Origin: Christensenellales bacterium
Lineage (GTDB): Bacteria > Bacillota > Clostridia > Christensenellales > UBA3700
Direction of reading: 5' to 3'
Assembly: GCA_051883415.1 (NCBI GenBank)
Contig: JBJETR010000041.1
Span: 9,642-73,641, forward strand
DNA length: 64,000 bases
The notes beneath the pieces are model-generated. The model was not told the origin of the DNA. It saw only the letters and a program-made list of their open reading frames with translations, and made no database searches. Positions within the stretch are counted from its first letter, which is position 1. The number at the start of each line of letters is the position of its first letter. Positions 39,778 through 50,510 of the stretch are shown piece after piece. The translations under genes were made by a program, and so were the position numbers.

Positions 39778-41613
39778 TTACTTGTTGTCGTCGCCGTCGA
39801 TGATTATATCGTCCGGGTTGACTTCTCCGTTGTTTTCTGCACCTGCTCCCGCATTAGCGTTAGCTTGCTCTTGAGCGGCTTGATAGAGCTTGGTGAAGAT
39901 AGGAGCGTTGGCTTTGCTCATCTCGTCGATGATAGCTCTTACCTTTTCTGCATCGTCGGCTGTTGCCAACTCTTCTTTTGCCTTTTTGAGTGCCTCTTCG
40001 AGAGTCTTCTTGTCATCTTCGGTGAGCTTATCGCCGGCTTCTTCCATAGCTTTCTCGGTAGCAAAAATCATTTGGTCTGCGTCGTTCTTAGCATCGACGA
40101 GGTCCTTACGCTTTTTGTCCTCTTCGGCATACTTCTCGGCTTCTTTGATGGCCTTGTCGATGTCGTCGTCGCTGAGATTGGTAGAAGAGGTAATGGTTAC
40201 GCTTTGCTTTTTGCCCGTGCCCTTGTCCACTGCCGTAACGTTGACTATACCGTTGGCGTCGATATCGAAGGTAACTTCGATTTGAGGGATTCCTCTTGGA
40301 GCAGGCGGAATACCGTCGAGTTGGAATCTACCAAGTTCCTTATTGTCGTTAGCCATAGATCTCTCGCCTTGCAAAACTCTAATGTCTACGGCTGTCTGGT
40401 TGTTGGCTGCCGTGGAGAAAATTTGAGATTTGCTAGTAGGAATGGTGGTATTTCTATCGATAAGCTTAGTAAATACACCACCCATAGTTTCGATACCGAG
40501 GCTAAGTGGAGTTACGTCGAGCAATACCACGTCTTTGACGTCGCCTGCCAATACGCCGCCTTGGATAGCCGCACCCAAAGCCACGCACTCGTCAGGGTTG
40601 ATACCCTTGAAAGGCTCTTTGCCCGTAATATTCTTGACGGCTTCGATGACTGCAGGTATTCTCGTAGAGCCACCCACCAAGATAACCTTAGCAAGGTCTT
40701 TAGCTTCCAACTTAGCGTCTGCTAGAGCCTTTTTGAGAGGAATGAGCGTCCTGGATACTAGTGAGCTGGTGAGTGCGTCAAACTTAGCTCTGGTGAGGTC
40801 CATATCGATATGCTTAGGACCTTCTGCCGTCATGGTGATGAACGGCAAATTGATGTTGGTCTTAGTCACGCCCGACAATTCAATTTTTGCCTTTTCTGCC
40901 GCTTCTTTGATTCTTTGCATAGTTGCAGGATCGGTAGGAAGCTTGATGCCTTCGGTTCTTTCGAATTCGTCAATGATATACTTGACGATTGCATTGTCAA
41001 AGTCGTCACCACCCAGCATTGTGTCGCCGTTGGTTGACAAAACTTCGAATACGCCGTCCTCAATCTCCAAAATAGACACGTCGAACGTACCGCCGCCGAG
41101 GTCATAAATCAATACCTTTTGACCTTGGTTTTCTGCTTTATCCAAGCCGTAAGCGAGCGCTGCCGCCGTTGGCTCGTTGATAATTCTCAATACTTCGAGA
41201 CCTGCGATTTTGCCTGCGTCCTTGGTAGCCTGTCTTTGGCTGTCGGAGAAGTATGCAGGTACGGTGATAACGGCTTGCGTTACCTTTTGACCGAGGAAGG
41301 ACTCAGCGTCCTCTTTGAGTTTGGTCAAAATCATTGCGCTTATCTCTTGTGGAGAATACTTCTTGTCGTCAATCTCCACCTTGTAATCGCTACCCATATG
41401 TCTTTTGATAGAGCTTACCGTACGCTTAGCGTTGGCAATAGCCTGTCTTTTTGCTACTTGACCTACCAATCTTTCACCGTCTTTAGCAAAGCCGACTACG
41501 GAAGGAGTCGTTCTAGAGCCTTCCTTGTTAGCAATAACGGTCGCTTCACCGCCTTCCATAACTGCTACGCAAGAGTTGGTTGTTCCAAGGTCAATACCTA
41601 TTATTTTTCCCAT
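39778..41613 (-). CDS. dnaK: Chaperone DnaK
   Basis: [15 protein letters not shown] and DLGGGTFD motifs. Confidence 0.99.
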   Translation of the reverse strand: MGKIIGIDLGTTNSCVAVMEGGEATVIANKEGSRTTPSVVGFAKDGERLVGQVAKRQAIANAKRTVSSIKRHMGSDYKVEIDDKKYSPQEISAMILTKLKEDAESFLGQKVTQAVITVPAYFSDSQRQATKDAGKIAGLEVLRIINEPTAAALAYGLDKAENQGQKVLIYDLGGGTFDVSILEIEDGVFEVLSTNGDTMLGGDDFDNAIVKYIIDEFERTEGIKLPTDPATMQRIKEAAEKAKIELSGVTKTNINLPFITMTAEGPKHIDMDLTRAKFDALTSSLVSRTLIPLKKALADAKLEAKDLAKVILVGGSTRIPAVIEAVKNITGKEPFKGINPDECVALGAAIQGGVLAGDVKDVVLLDVTPLSLGIETMGGVFTKLIDRNTTIPTSKSQIFSTAANNQTAVDIRVLQGERSMANDNKELGRFQLDGIPPAPRGIPQIEVTFDIDANGIVNVTAVDKGTGKKQSVTITSSTNLSDDDIDKAIKEAEKYAEEDKKRKDLVDAKNDADQMIFATEKAMEEAGDKLTEDDKKTLEEALKKAKEELATADDAEKVRAIIDEMSKANAPIFTKLYQAAQEQANANAGAGAENNGEVNPDDIIIDGDDNK

Positions 41614-41641
41614 ATATTTATCTCCTTTTGATATATTTCTA

Positions 41642-42160
41642 TTATTTCGCTACGACCACCATGCTATGTCTTAGCACGATATCTTTGCGCTTGTAACCCT
41701 TTTTGATTTCGCCCACGACTTTACCCGCATTATCGGGATCGTCTACGCTTTGCACGGCTTCGTGCAAGTTGGGGTTGAACTCTTGCCCCATTGCCTCGAT
41801 TGCCGTTACGTCATACTTGGCAAGTATGTCCATGAATGTCTTTTTGGTCAGTTCGATGCCCCTTCTTTGAGCTTCGTCCTTTTGTGCCATAATAGCCATA
41901 TCCAAAAAGTCCGCTACCTGCAACATATCTTCAATCACACTGTCCACACCGTCGTTGTATCTTTGAAGCGACAAGCTTTGATTTCTCTTTTTGTAGTTGT
42001 CAAAGTCGGCTTGAAGTCTGAGATATTGACTGTTGAGAGCGTCATACTTTTGCTGTGCTTCGTCTTTGACCTCTTCCGTCACCGCTTCTTTATACTCAAA
42101 GCTTGTTGCCTCTTCGGCGTTTTGATTGATATTTTCTTCGTTGTTCTTCTTCTTTGCCAT
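41642..42160 (-). CDS. grpE: Nucleotide exchange factor GrpE
   Basis: [21 protein letters not shown] and KGY...LRHSMV motifs. Confidence 0.95.
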   Translation of the reverse strand: MAKKKNNEENINQNAEEATSFEYKEAVTEEVKDEAQQKYDALNSQYLRLQADFDNYKKRNQSLSLQRYNDGVDSVIEDMLQVADFLDMAIMAQKDEAQRRGIELTKKTFMDILAKYDVTAIEAMGQEFNPNLHEAVQSVDDPDNAGKVVGEIKKGYKRKDIVLRHSMVVVAK

Positions 42161-42162
42161 AA

Positions 42163-43176
42163 TTATTCCTTTTTGTTGTCTTGCAGCAATATGCCCAATT
42201 CTTTTAGCACACCCAAGACTTTTTTGTAATCCATTCTTTCGGGACCTATTACGCCTACGCGCCCCACTTCTTTGCCGTTGATATTGTACTTGGCGGTTAT
42301 CAACGCCATATTGGCAAGGTCGGCATTATCCTCGCTACCTATCCTTACGCAATACTCAATATCGCCTTCGCCTTCCATCAGTCCACACAACTTTTCTCTG
42401 TGCGATACTACCGACATAAACTGACGCACGTTGTCCACGTCCTTGTACTCGGGATATTCGAATATTTTGTCAGTACCTTCTACGTACAACTGATCTTCGG
42501 TAGCGTTCTTGAAGTCCATTACGAAAGCAATAACTTGCTCGTATATACTTCTAAAAGCTTCCAGCTCTTTGTCCAAACAGTCTTCTCCGTTGGTAACCTC
42601 TGCTATACTCTTGCCCACGAAGGCTTTACGCAACAGTCCGCCCGCAACTTCGATAAAGTTTTCTTTGACGTCGTGAGGTAGGTCGATTTGCTTGTTTTTG
42701 ATGACGCCGTTGTCCGTCACGATGAGCACTAGTGCGGTATTGTCGTACATATCGATTATTTTGATATCTTTGATGACGATATTATCTGCGCTTGTAATCA
42801 TCAACATCGACGTATAATTGGTGATATCGCTGACGATTTTTGCACCGTTTTTGACCACCTCTTGCACCGATTGAAACTTTTCGTTGACAATCTCTCTAAT
42901 CTGAGTGCTGTCGATATCCGAACTATCAAGGATATTTTCCACGTAATATTTGTACGCCTTGGACGATGGTATTCTACCCGCACTTACGTGAGGCTGAGTC
43001 AAATATCCCATCTCTTCAAGCATCGACAACTCGCTTCTTATAGTAGCCGTCGACACCTCCGGCAAATATTGTTTTTGGATTGCCGCAGACGAAATAGGCT
43101 CAACGTCATTGATATAGCTATCAATGAGCGCCTTAAGTATCTTCCTTTTTCTTTCCGTAAGATTTGTTTCTCCCAT
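42163..43176 (-). CDS. hrcA: Heat-inducible repressor HrcA (start adjusted to ATG 43176)
   Basis: STATIRSE, QPHVSAGRIPS and IGPERMDY motifs. Confidence 0.95.
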   Translation of the reverse strand: MGETNLTERKRKILKALIDSYINDVEPISSAAIQKQYLPEVSTATIRSELSMLEEMGYLTQPHVSAGRIPSSKAYKYYVENILDSSDIDSTQIREIVNEKFQSVQEVVKNGAKIVSDITNYTSMLMITSADNIVIKDIKIIDMYDNTALVLIVTDNGVIKNKQIDLPHDVKENFIEVAGGLLRKAFVGKSIAEVTNGEDCLDKELEAFRSIYEQVIAFVMDFKNATEDQLYVEGTDKIFEYPEYKDVDNVRQFMSVVSHREKLCGLMEGEGDIEYCVRIGSEDNADLANMALITAKYNINGKEVGRVGVIGPERMDYKKVLGVLKELGILLQDNKKE

Positions 43177-43186
43177 TTTCGTCCTC

Positions 43187-43236
43187 TTGGCAGTCATCGC
43201 CTGTGATTGTTAGCACTCGCATATCTCGACTGCTAA
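43187..43236. promoter_or_regulatory. CIRCE element (43210-43236) plus an overlapping degenerate second copy (43187-43213)
   Basis: TTAGCACTC-N9-GACTGCTAA; TTGGCAGTC-N9-GATTGTTAG; TTGACA-N16-TATAAT promoter at 43241-43268. Confidence 0.85.
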
Positions 43237-43355
43237 AATCATTATACTACATATTATGTCACTGTCAAGGTTTTTTAGTAAAAAATTATGTAAAATCAAT
43301 GTCAAACGCAAAAAAATACCACGCCTTGTCGGCGTGGCTTTTCTTTTTTATATTA

Positions 43356-43685
43356 TTATTTCTTTTTAAAGGTTGCAATTCCGAGCACTTCAAGATCGCC
43401 GTCTTCGTTGATGTAAGCAAAAGGAGTTTCGGTCTTTTCGCCGTCTTTTTCGGTTACTTCATACACGTATTCTACACCCTTATCGTTCTTTTTAGTGGTG
43501 TACTTAAACTCTTCGGTTCTGCTAAATCCCATAATAGAAATCTTAACTTCAGCCTTGCCGAAAGCACCAAGCTTTACGTAAGAGTCGCCGTTTTCGTAAG
43601 TGCCGTTTACACAGCCTGCAAACACGAACAAGCAAGATACGAGCATAACTGCTACGAGTGTTGCAACAACAATTTTCTTTGCCAT
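43356..43685 (-). CDS. Small lipoprotein
   Basis: Signal peptide with FAGC followed by VNGTY; SD GGAGG. Confidence 0.75.
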   Translation of the reverse strand: MAKKIVVATLVAVMLVSCLFVFAGCVNGTYENGDSYVKLGAFGKAEVKISIMGFSRTEEFKYTTKKNDKGVEYVYEVTEKDGEKTETPFAYINEDGDLEVLGIATFKKK

Positions 43686-43898
43686 TTTTTGTTCCTCCAA
43701 AATATTTGTTTATACATACATTATATACTTTGTAAAGTTTTTGTCAACCAATTTTACTAAAGTTCAAATTTTATTCAATTTTTCTTTAATCTCCATAGAA
43801 AAAGTGATTGTGCACTCTTCTTGTTCAGTTTATGATTATTGTCACGATTAGTTGACCATAAGTATCAAAAAAGGACTAGCGAGATAGTCCTTATTATA

Positions 43899-44171
43899 TT
43901 ATTCCGATTTATGCTCATCTTTATTGTCGTCGTCTTCGTCTATCGCCCTATTGTCCTTGATAGTTTCGTCGTAGATCTTGACAATTCTAGGCGGTTCGTA
44001 TTCGGGATTTTTTTCGATAATATTCTCCCTCATCTTGACCTTAAAGCGGTTGCTCTTGGTAAATAGCACACATATAATAATCACCACTGCAACAAGCACT
44101 GCCAACAAAAGATAAAAAAATATATTGCCTATACTCTCAACCGCTTTGAGCGGAGCCGCCAAATATTGCAT
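43899..44171 (-). CDS. Hypothetical single-TM protein
   Basis: One hydrophobic helix; acidic tail; SD GAGGTG. Confidence 0.6.
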   Translation of the reverse strand: MQYLAAPLKAVESIGNIFFYLLLAVLVAVVIIICVLFTKSNRFKVKMRENIIEKNPEYEPPRIVKIYDETIKDNRAIDEDDDNKDEHKSE

Positions 44172-44323
44172 AATTCACCTCTAATCCATTATATCATATA
44201 TGTCGATAAGGTAAAGTAAATAATAAGTAAAAAGCATATATCAGCCCAAAATTAAAATATTTATAGACAAGTCGAAAAAATTATATTATACTTTATAATA
44301 TAGTAAATTCTTAGGAGGAAAAT

Positions 44324-45559
44324 ATGAATATCGACAGCCAAAAGCGACAAGAAACCGTAGACTTCATGCAGTCGGAAATCAAACACATCATCACCGAGTA
44401 CGGCGATAGAGATCCGGGCAACGTGGGAGAAATCAAGGCTCTAGCCCACATGCAAGAGCAACTAGGCGAATATTGCGACGAAGTTAGGTCGGAGACTTTC
44501 CCTGTTCACCCTCATGCATTTTTCGGTTGGACGTACTTTATAATCACCTTCCTGATTTTGGCACAAATACTTATGTTTTTTAGTCCTATTTTTGCAATAC
44601 TCAGTATCATAATTGCCGTTGTGCCAATGTTGATGGAATTCGTATTCTACAAGCCTTTTATCGATCCACTCTTCGAGAAGCGTACTTCGGGCAACGTTTG
44701 GGGCACGCTTAAGCCAAGCGGTGAAGTAAAGCGCCGTATCGTCCTAAACGGTCACTCCGACGCCGTGTACGAATGGCATTGGCACAGAATAGGCGGATAT
44801 AAGCTCTTCCTTACCTCCATCATTATCCCTGTCATCGGTCTTATCTACTTGCTTGCATTGTCAATCATAATATGTATAGTCAACGGACCGATTGGCGTAC
44901 CTCAAGGTTGGACTCTCTACGCTCTTATCGCTTCGGTCATCTTCGAGCCTTTCTTCATCTGTTTCTACTTCTTCTCCGACACCAAGACGGTAGTTCCCGG
45001 TGCCAATGACAACCTCACGGCATGCGAAATGGCTATCGGTACCGTCAAGGCACTCAAAGAAAGCGGTATTCGTATGGAGAACACCGAAGTCGTAGCACTC
45101 ATCACGGGTAGCGAGGAAGCGGGACTGAGAGGCGCTAAGTTCTTTATGAAAAACAATCCCGAGTACGGTCTAGAGGAGGGCATCGAAACGATTTTCGTCA
45201 CATTCGAGACGTTGAGAGAACTAGACCACCTAGTCATCTACAATAGGGACATGAACGGCATTACCAAAAACGACGACGCCGTATCATTGCTAGCCAAACA
45301 AGCGGGCGAAAAGAACGGCATGAACCTAACCTACGGCTCGGTATTTGCAGGTGCAACAGATGCGGCGGCATTCTCGCAAGCAGGTCGCAAGGCAACTTGC
45401 TTCGCTGCAATGGCTCCCGAGGTCAAAGACTACTACCACACTCGTAGAGATAATTGGGACAATCTTAGCCCCGAATGTCTTGCCAAAGTCTTCGATATCA
45501 CCCTCGATATGATAGAAGAATTTGACAAAAACGGTCTGCCAACTGTAGAAAAAAAATAA
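44324..45559 (+). CDS. M28-family metallopeptidase with membrane segments
   Basis: GHSDA, GANDN, GSEEAGLRG, TDA and YHTRRD motifs. Confidence 0.85.
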   Translation: MNIDSQKRQETVDFMQSEIKHIITEYGDRDPGNVGEIKALAHMQEQLGEYCDEVRSETFPVHPHAFFGWTYFIITFLILAQILMFFSPIFAILSIIIAVVPMLMEFVFYKPFIDPLFEKRTSGNVWGTLKPSGEVKRRIVLNGHSDAVYEWHWHRIGGYKLFLTSIIIPVIGLIYLLALSIIICIVNGPIGVPQGWTLYALIASVIFEPFFICFYFFSDTKTVVPGANDNLTACEMAIGTVKALKESGIRMENTEVVALITGSEEAGLRGAKFFMKNNPEYGLEEGIETIFVTFETLRELDHLVIYNRDMNGITKNDDAVSLLAKQAGEKNGMNLTYGSVFAGATDAAAFSQAGRKATCFAAMAPEVKDYYHTRRDNWDNLSPECLAKVFDITLDMIEEFDKNGLPTVEKK

Positions 45560-45588
45560 TTCCGATTTCAATTTAACAAAACACGAAG

Positions 45589-45619
45589 ATCTCGCTTTGA
45601 ATAAAGGCGAGATTTTTTT
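45589..45619 (+). terminator. Terminator
   Basis: ATCTCGCTTT-GAAT-AAAGGCGAGAT followed by T-run. Confidence 0.75.
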
Positions 45620-45724
45620 GACCAAATTTACAAAACGTTAATATATTGTCAAAAAAATTTAAACAAACGGATTTTATAATAACCTTGCCAACGCCTAAGT
45701 GCATATTTATAAAAGGTTATTTGC

Positions 45725-46381
45725 ATGGACAAAACGAAAGAACAAAAATTAAGACAAGTTAAAAAACCTCTCACTATATTCGGAGTAGAAGTCGTGTATC
45801 TTTGCGTGCTTGGCATAGCAACGGCTTTTTTGGGTTGGCTTGCCGAAAACGTAGTCAAATTGATATCGAGTGGTACCTTCGATTGTAGATTTCATCTGTT
45901 GCCGTTTATTTCACCTTATGCTTTGATAGTATTTGCCGTACATATAGTTTTTGGCAATCCCGACCAAATCGCTCCGTTCGGCAAACGAATTTTTCATCAC
46001 GACAACCCCTATAGCAAAATTTTATCCAACCTATTGGTGTTAGTTACTATATACGTATTCGTGTTTTTCGGGGAACTTATCGTCGGCAATCTATGGGAGA
46101 TACTCTTTAGCGTCAAATTGTGGAACTATTCCTCTTCCCCGCTTCACTTTACGCAATACGCGGGACTGATACCTACTTTGGGTTACGGAACGGGAGCATA
46201 TCTCTTGTTTCGATTTGTCTACACTCCGTCGTTGAAGCTTTTGCAACGTAATATGAAACATAAAACGGCATTGATTTTATCTTGCACGTTGGGGGTAATG
46301 ATTGTCGTCGACACGTTGATTATGATACTTGTGACCGCAATTACCAGGCAAGCACCGATGTATTGGTCTGTCCAATTTTAG
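45725..46381 (+). CDS. Membrane protein, putative ABC-transporter permease (CmpB/DUF1113-like)
   Basis: FLGWLAEN, PFISPY and KLWNYS pattern. Confidence 0.6.
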   Translation: MDKTKEQKLRQVKKPLTIFGVEVVYLCVLGIATAFLGWLAENVVKLISSGTFDCRFHLLPFISPYALIVFAVHIVFGNPDQIAPFGKRIFHHDNPYSKILSNLLVLVTIYVFVFFGELIVGNLWEILFSVKLWNYSSSPLHFTQYAGLIPTLGYGTGAYLLFRFVYTPSLKLLQRNMKHKTALILSCTLGVMIVVDTLIMILVTAITRQAPMYWSVQF

Positions 46382-46528
46382 TAAGCAAACAGTTCTATCA
46401 AAAAATTTTTTGGTGCAAAAAGATTTACAAAACTTTAAAGTTTTAACAAAAAAATCTAAACAAGCAAATTTTATACTATAGTCAGATAAGTCAAAACGAC
46501 TTATTAAAAACACAAAAGGAGTATTATT

Positions 46529-46780
46529 ATGGGAATTAAAAAATTTTTTCAAAAAGCCTTCAAGGATATGAAGGAAAGCGCAAAAGCACAACACGAAGTT
46601 GACAAAGCTGAGTTCGAGGCAGTCAAAGCGGAATCAAAGGCTAATTGGGAAGAAGCCAAAGCAATGAGCAAGCCTGAAACTCGCAAGGCTTTGATGCAAC
46701 AAGAAAGAGACGAGAAAATCCAGCAAGCCAACGCCCGAAAAGCAGCCGCCGAGCAGCGTATACAATCAACAAAGAAATAA
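46529..46780 (+). CDS. Hypothetical 83-aa charged helical protein
   Basis: SD AAGGAG; A/E/K-rich. Confidence 0.7.
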   Translation: MGIKKFFQKAFKDMKESAKAQHEVDKAEFEAVKAESKANWEEAKAMSKPETRKALMQQERDEKIQQANARKAAAEQRIQSTKK

Positions 46781-46816
46781 CACTATCGCCACAATTTTAT
46801 ATAAGTCAATTATGTA

Positions 46817-46834
46817 GGCAACCTTACGGTTGCC
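46817..46834. terminator. Hairpin between convergent small genes
   Basis: GGCAACC-TTAC-GGTTGCC. Confidence 0.6.
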
Positions 46835-46843
46835 CTTTGACTA

Positions 46844-46990
46844 TTACTCGCATTTGGTAAAAGTCGTGTTGTTGCAATTAGGACAAGGTGGCATTTTGTC
46901 GTCTGAACCAAGTCTCAAATCGAAACCGCAGTTGTTGCAAGAATAGCAACCCTTGCCCGGTTTTTCACCCGTATTAACTTTGTTTGCCAT
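46844..46990 (-). CDS. 48-aa zinc-ribbon protein (not in ORF track)
   Basis: MANKVNTGEKPGKGCYSCNNCGFDLRLGSDDKMPPCPNCNNTTFTKCE; SD AAGGAGG. Confidence 0.8.
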   Translation of the reverse strand: MANKVNTGEKPGKGCYSCNNCGFDLRLGSDDKMPPCPNCNNTTFTKCE

Positions 46991-47105
46991 TTTAGTTCCT
47001 CCTTATTTTGATTGCACTAAAATTATTGCAAAAAAATAATAATATATACCGCCTGCCAAAATATCCTTGCGGCATAGCGGTATATATCAAAAACGTCAGA
47101 TTAGT

Positions 47106-48410
47106 CTAGGCGATAGTCACGTCTTTTATTTCGGTATAGTTTTGGCTAACTTTTCCCCAAGAGTCTATAGCATAGACTTTGACGGAATAAGTGCCTTGTG
47201 CTTTATTCAAAACCTCGATTTTCGGCATAGAAGCCATATCGTCTATTCCGTTGTAAAAATCGCTGAAATACAACTGTTCGCTTCCGTCGCTCCACACCAT
47301 CTTATAGCTATGCACGAAGTCGTCGTCTTGACCTGCGGCAAATTGCAGATAGGTCTTGCCCGCTTCTATCACACTCATACCCGTCGCCTCTGTCATCTCG
47401 GGTGCAACGTTGACGGCTTCTCTTTCGGCAAAGGTATAGGTAAATCCCTCCTTGGTCAGAGGTATTGGCAAAACCCACGGAGTCTTTTCCTCCTTACCGC
47501 TGTCACCGTATACTTCAGCAAAGTTGTATCTGTGTATTTCAATTTTGTCAGCATATACGTCCATGATAAAGCCCATAGGAGTAGCATCTGCATTAGGAGG
47601 AATGGAGCCGTTTTCTTTACCTCTTTCCAATTCCGTATAAGACACCGATTGAGTAGTGATGCTGGTATAATCACGTTGATGTATAGATCTTTCGTCCAAG
47701 ATAGAATAGTGAGAGTGCCCGCTAAAATTGACTACTTGAGGATAATCCTTCAGTACTTCGTCAAGGCTTTTGTCACCCCAATCGTCACTACCGTACATCG
47801 TATCCATAGCGCCGTTATGCGTAGTAATAAAAATAGGCTTATTAGGATCGTCTGCTACGGCTTTGTCTATTTCTTGCTTGAGCCACTTTTTCATATATTT
47901 ATATCCGTTGTCCATTATTCCCGTGGCAGGAGACGCACCGATAAAGTGATACCCGTTTACAACGTAGTGAGTGAACGGACTCGTGCCGACAATCTTTTCG
48001 AAGCGGCTACGGCAACTAATCGGCGCACCGTTTTCCCAATAGTCGTGATTGCCCATAATAGTCTGAATGATTGGACGAGAAGCTTCATCGGGGAAGACTG
48101 TTTCTATGCCTTTGACGTAAAGTTCATAAGCAGGCTTCTTGCACAAATCACCCACGTCTCCACCAAACAAAATCATATCTACGTTATTATTTTTAAGAAC
48201 AGTCAAAGCGTTTTTGTAATTGTAGTATTGCCAATCTTCCTCTCCGCTAGGCGGCAATTGAGAATCGGAAATAATACCTACTCTCAACACTTCGCAATCG
48301 ATATTGAAAGTTTCAATCTTCGTCTTCTCGTTGACGTCACACGCCGTTAGTATCGTTGCCATAATTACTATCATTACTACCGTGGCAACGATTTTTGCAA
48401 ATTTTTTCAT
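47106..48410 (-). CDS. Calcineurin-like metallophosphoesterase lipoprotein
   Basis: Lipobox LTAC; SDSQ, GDVGD, GNHD and SGHSH motifs. Confidence 0.88.
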   Translation of the reverse strand: MKKFAKIVATVVMIVIMATILTACDVNEKTKIETFNIDCEVLRVGIISDSQLPPSGEEDWQYYNYKNALTVLKNNNVDMILFGGDVGDLCKKPAYELYVKGIETVFPDEASRPIIQTIMGNHDYWENGAPISCRSRFEKIVGTSPFTHYVVNGYHFIGASPATGIMDNGYKYMKKWLKQEIDKAVADDPNKPIFITTHNGAMDTMYGSDDWGDKSLDEVLKDYPQVVNFSGHSHYSILDERSIHQRDYTSITTQSVSYTELERGKENGSIPPNADATPMGFIMDVYADKIEIHRYNFAEVYGDSGKEEKTPWVLPIPLTKEGFTYTFAEREAVNVAPEMTEATGMSVIEAGKTYLQFAAGQDDDFVHSYKMVWSDGSEQLYFSDFYNGIDDMASMPKIEVLNKAQGTYSVKVYAIDSWGKVSQNYTEIKDVTIA

Positions 48411-48468
48411 AAATTCCTCCCGTTTATCTTAATTATATCCATACCGTATTTTCTACGGCGTCAACCAA

Positions 48469-50496
48469 TTATTTTTGTACTTTGAGCTCAAAGTCAAACA
48501 ATGCGTTTTCCTCATACCATAGAGGGAAGTTGGTACCCCAAACGTTATCCAAAAGTATAAACGCAAGCCCCTTGTCAAAATCTGCAACCTCGTTGTCAAA
48601 ATGTAGAATATTGCCTCCGTCACTTGCCACCAAAGCCGCTTGAGTACTGCTGAGGGTATACGTATCGTCACCTACGCCAAACTCGGCACGCTCTATAGCG
48701 GACAATTTCCGTCCACCATTGGATACGACGGAACGAGGATTGATTTTTTTGCCAATCTTGACGTACGATATACCTTGCGTAGCAGGATAAAAATGCGTAG
48801 CAATGCTTTCCGTCGTTCTTACGGCGTCCTTGCCCGTCCACGCCAATTGCACTTTGAGTCCGTCATTGCTCAGTCGATATATTATTTTGACGTTGCGTGG
48901 TGCTCCCAACTCGTTGCACAAAACTTCGTCGCACGCCATATCGAGTGAGATTATGACCTCATTATCCTCCTTTTTGACCATTGCATTAGTCGCTCGGTAC
49001 TCGAACAAGCCTTGCGGATAATCGTTTTGCTTATTGAGCGATGGACGCAGATAGTCGTGCAAAGCCCATGGAACACTCAGACGCATATAATGTCTTTGCC
49101 AATATGCATAGTCCTCATTGCCGTAAGAGCGATAGGTCATTATAGGTCTATCTTGTGCATCAAGTATCTTATTTCCGTTGCGACTAAGCGTGATACCGCC
49201 AAGTTTATTGACACTCAAGCAATATTTCCCAAAGTCAACTTGTGTATCAAACTCATAGGCAACGTCCACGTCAACGTTAGGAAGTTGAGAAGGTCTCAAT
49301 TTTTCCAACAAACAACGAGCTTCTTCGGCATGACTTTTGTCCAGCGCTTGCACAGCCGCCTCAACGTATGCTCTTTGTTCTGTCCAACTCCTTTCCATAA
49401 CAGAATAAGCATAAGACTTGTTGCCAAACTTGTTGTCAATCCAGCCCAAAAAACTGAATGGAAAAGCGTTAAAAGGGTTTTGTATCTTTACTTTATCCCT
49501 TTGCCTTGCTTGTGTAAACTTGTCCTTGGTATAGTTTTCGGTATCGGCAAGGTGCGTCTTCATATCAAGTCCCCAAGTATGCTCGGCTACACATAACAGC
49601 GAATCGGCAAATTTCTTATATTCTTCGCTGTCCTTGCTCATGCTACCGTCTACAAGCCACTTATTTTTGAGACTACACAGCGTACGAAAAGCCGCTATCT
49701 TGTAAGGATCGGTTGCCGCACCGTGAATCCACGTATCGCCTATTTCGCCCTCGTATACAGGCAATTTGTCCTTTACTTCCCACAACTTTTCCGCTATGTC
49801 GTCAAGACGACCTGCTCTTACTTTATAATCTTGGTATTGAGATTGAATTCTTTTCAACTTGCTTAAGACTTTGTTTTGTCTTCTCACTCCTCCGTTGTCA
49901 TGAGCGTGGTCAAAGTACAATATTTGGTCGGTATAAGGAACTTCAAATACTCCGCCGTAACCCTTATCGTATATCACGACGACTTCCGCGTCTCCGTATT
50001 TCCAAACAAAGCAAGGCTCCACTTCAGGGACTGCGGCAGCTCCGTTGATACCGATATGTAACAGCTTGATGCCGTGTTTGGCAAGCATAGGCACAAGGGC
50101 AACGGTATGTCCCGGCACGTCGGTCATTTTAGCGGCTATTGTCTTTCTTCCGCTTATTTGGTCGAGTCTATCAACTATGCTAAGTCCATAGTCCAACAAG
50201 TCCTCGTCCAACAACTCTGTGTGAGTGGTAAAAGGCATTGCGTGAGCTACGAGATAGCCTTTTTGCAAGGCTTGCGTTACCTTTTTGTTCAACTCTACGC
50301 CGCTATCCAAGGCTTCTTTGACGAGCCACGAGCCCAAAGTCCATACGAACTTTTTTTCACCGTCACTATTGAGTTTTTCTGCCAAATCAATCGCCGACGG
50401 AATGAACTCTCTTAGATATTTTTCTTTGACGTTGCAAGCAAAATCGGTAAAGCCTAAATCAAGATGCGCCTTTGATATAACAATTACTTCTTTCAT
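48469..50496 (-). CDS. DUF5054-like putative glycoside hydrolase
   Basis: KAHLDLGFTD, MTDVPGHT, EIGDTWIHG, EHTWG and NVWGTNFPLW motifs. Confidence 0.7.
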   Translation of the reverse strand: MKEVIVISKAHLDLGFTDFACNVKEKYLREFIPSAIDLAEKLNSDGEKKFVWTLGSWLVKEALDSGVELNKKVTQALQKGYLVAHAMPFTTHTELLDEDLLDYGLSIVDRLDQISGRKTIAAKMTDVPGHTVALVPMLAKHGIKLLHIGINGAAAVPEVEPCFVWKYGDAEVVVIYDKGYGGVFEVPYTDQILYFDHAHDNGGVRRQNKVLSKLKRIQSQYQDYKVRAGRLDDIAEKLWEVKDKLPVYEGEIGDTWIHGAATDPYKIAAFRTLCSLKNKWLVDGSMSKDSEEYKKFADSLLCVAEHTWGLDMKTHLADTENYTKDKFTQARQRDKVKIQNPFNAFPFSFLGWIDNKFGNKSYAYSVMERSWTEQRAYVEAAVQALDKSHAEEARCLLEKLRPSQLPNVDVDVAYEFDTQVDFGKYCLSVNKLGGITLSRNGNKILDAQDRPIMTYRSYGNEDYAYWQRHYMRLSVPWALHDYLRPSLNKQNDYPQGLFEYRATNAMVKKEDNEVIISLDMACDEVLCNELGAPRNVKIIYRLSNDGLKVQLAWTGKDAVRTTESIATHFYPATQGISYVKIGKKINPRSVVSNGGRKLSAIERAEFGVGDDTYTLSSTQAALVASDGGNILHFDNEVADFDKGLAFILLDNVWGTNFPLWYEENALFDFELKVQK

Positions 50497-50510
50497 ATTC
50501 TCTCCTTATA

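Noticed and set aside
39745-41631. Long plus-strand ORFs (326, 225 and 170 aa) opposite dnaK
   Set aside because: Well-known antisense shadow ORFs of dnaK caused by codon bias; no SD
43240-43265. TATTATGTCACT resembling a dif half-site
   Set aside because: The other arm does not match and the sequence is the hrcA promoter spacer
47067-48350. 427-aa ORF antisense to the metallophosphoesterase
   Set aside because: TTG start without SD, no recognisable motifs, coextensive with a clear gene; likely a shadow ORF
13250-48670. Other ATACGTAT cores (about 13253, 26473, 46051 and 48658)
   Set aside because: They lack the outer palindrome and T5G tail; not counted as motif copies
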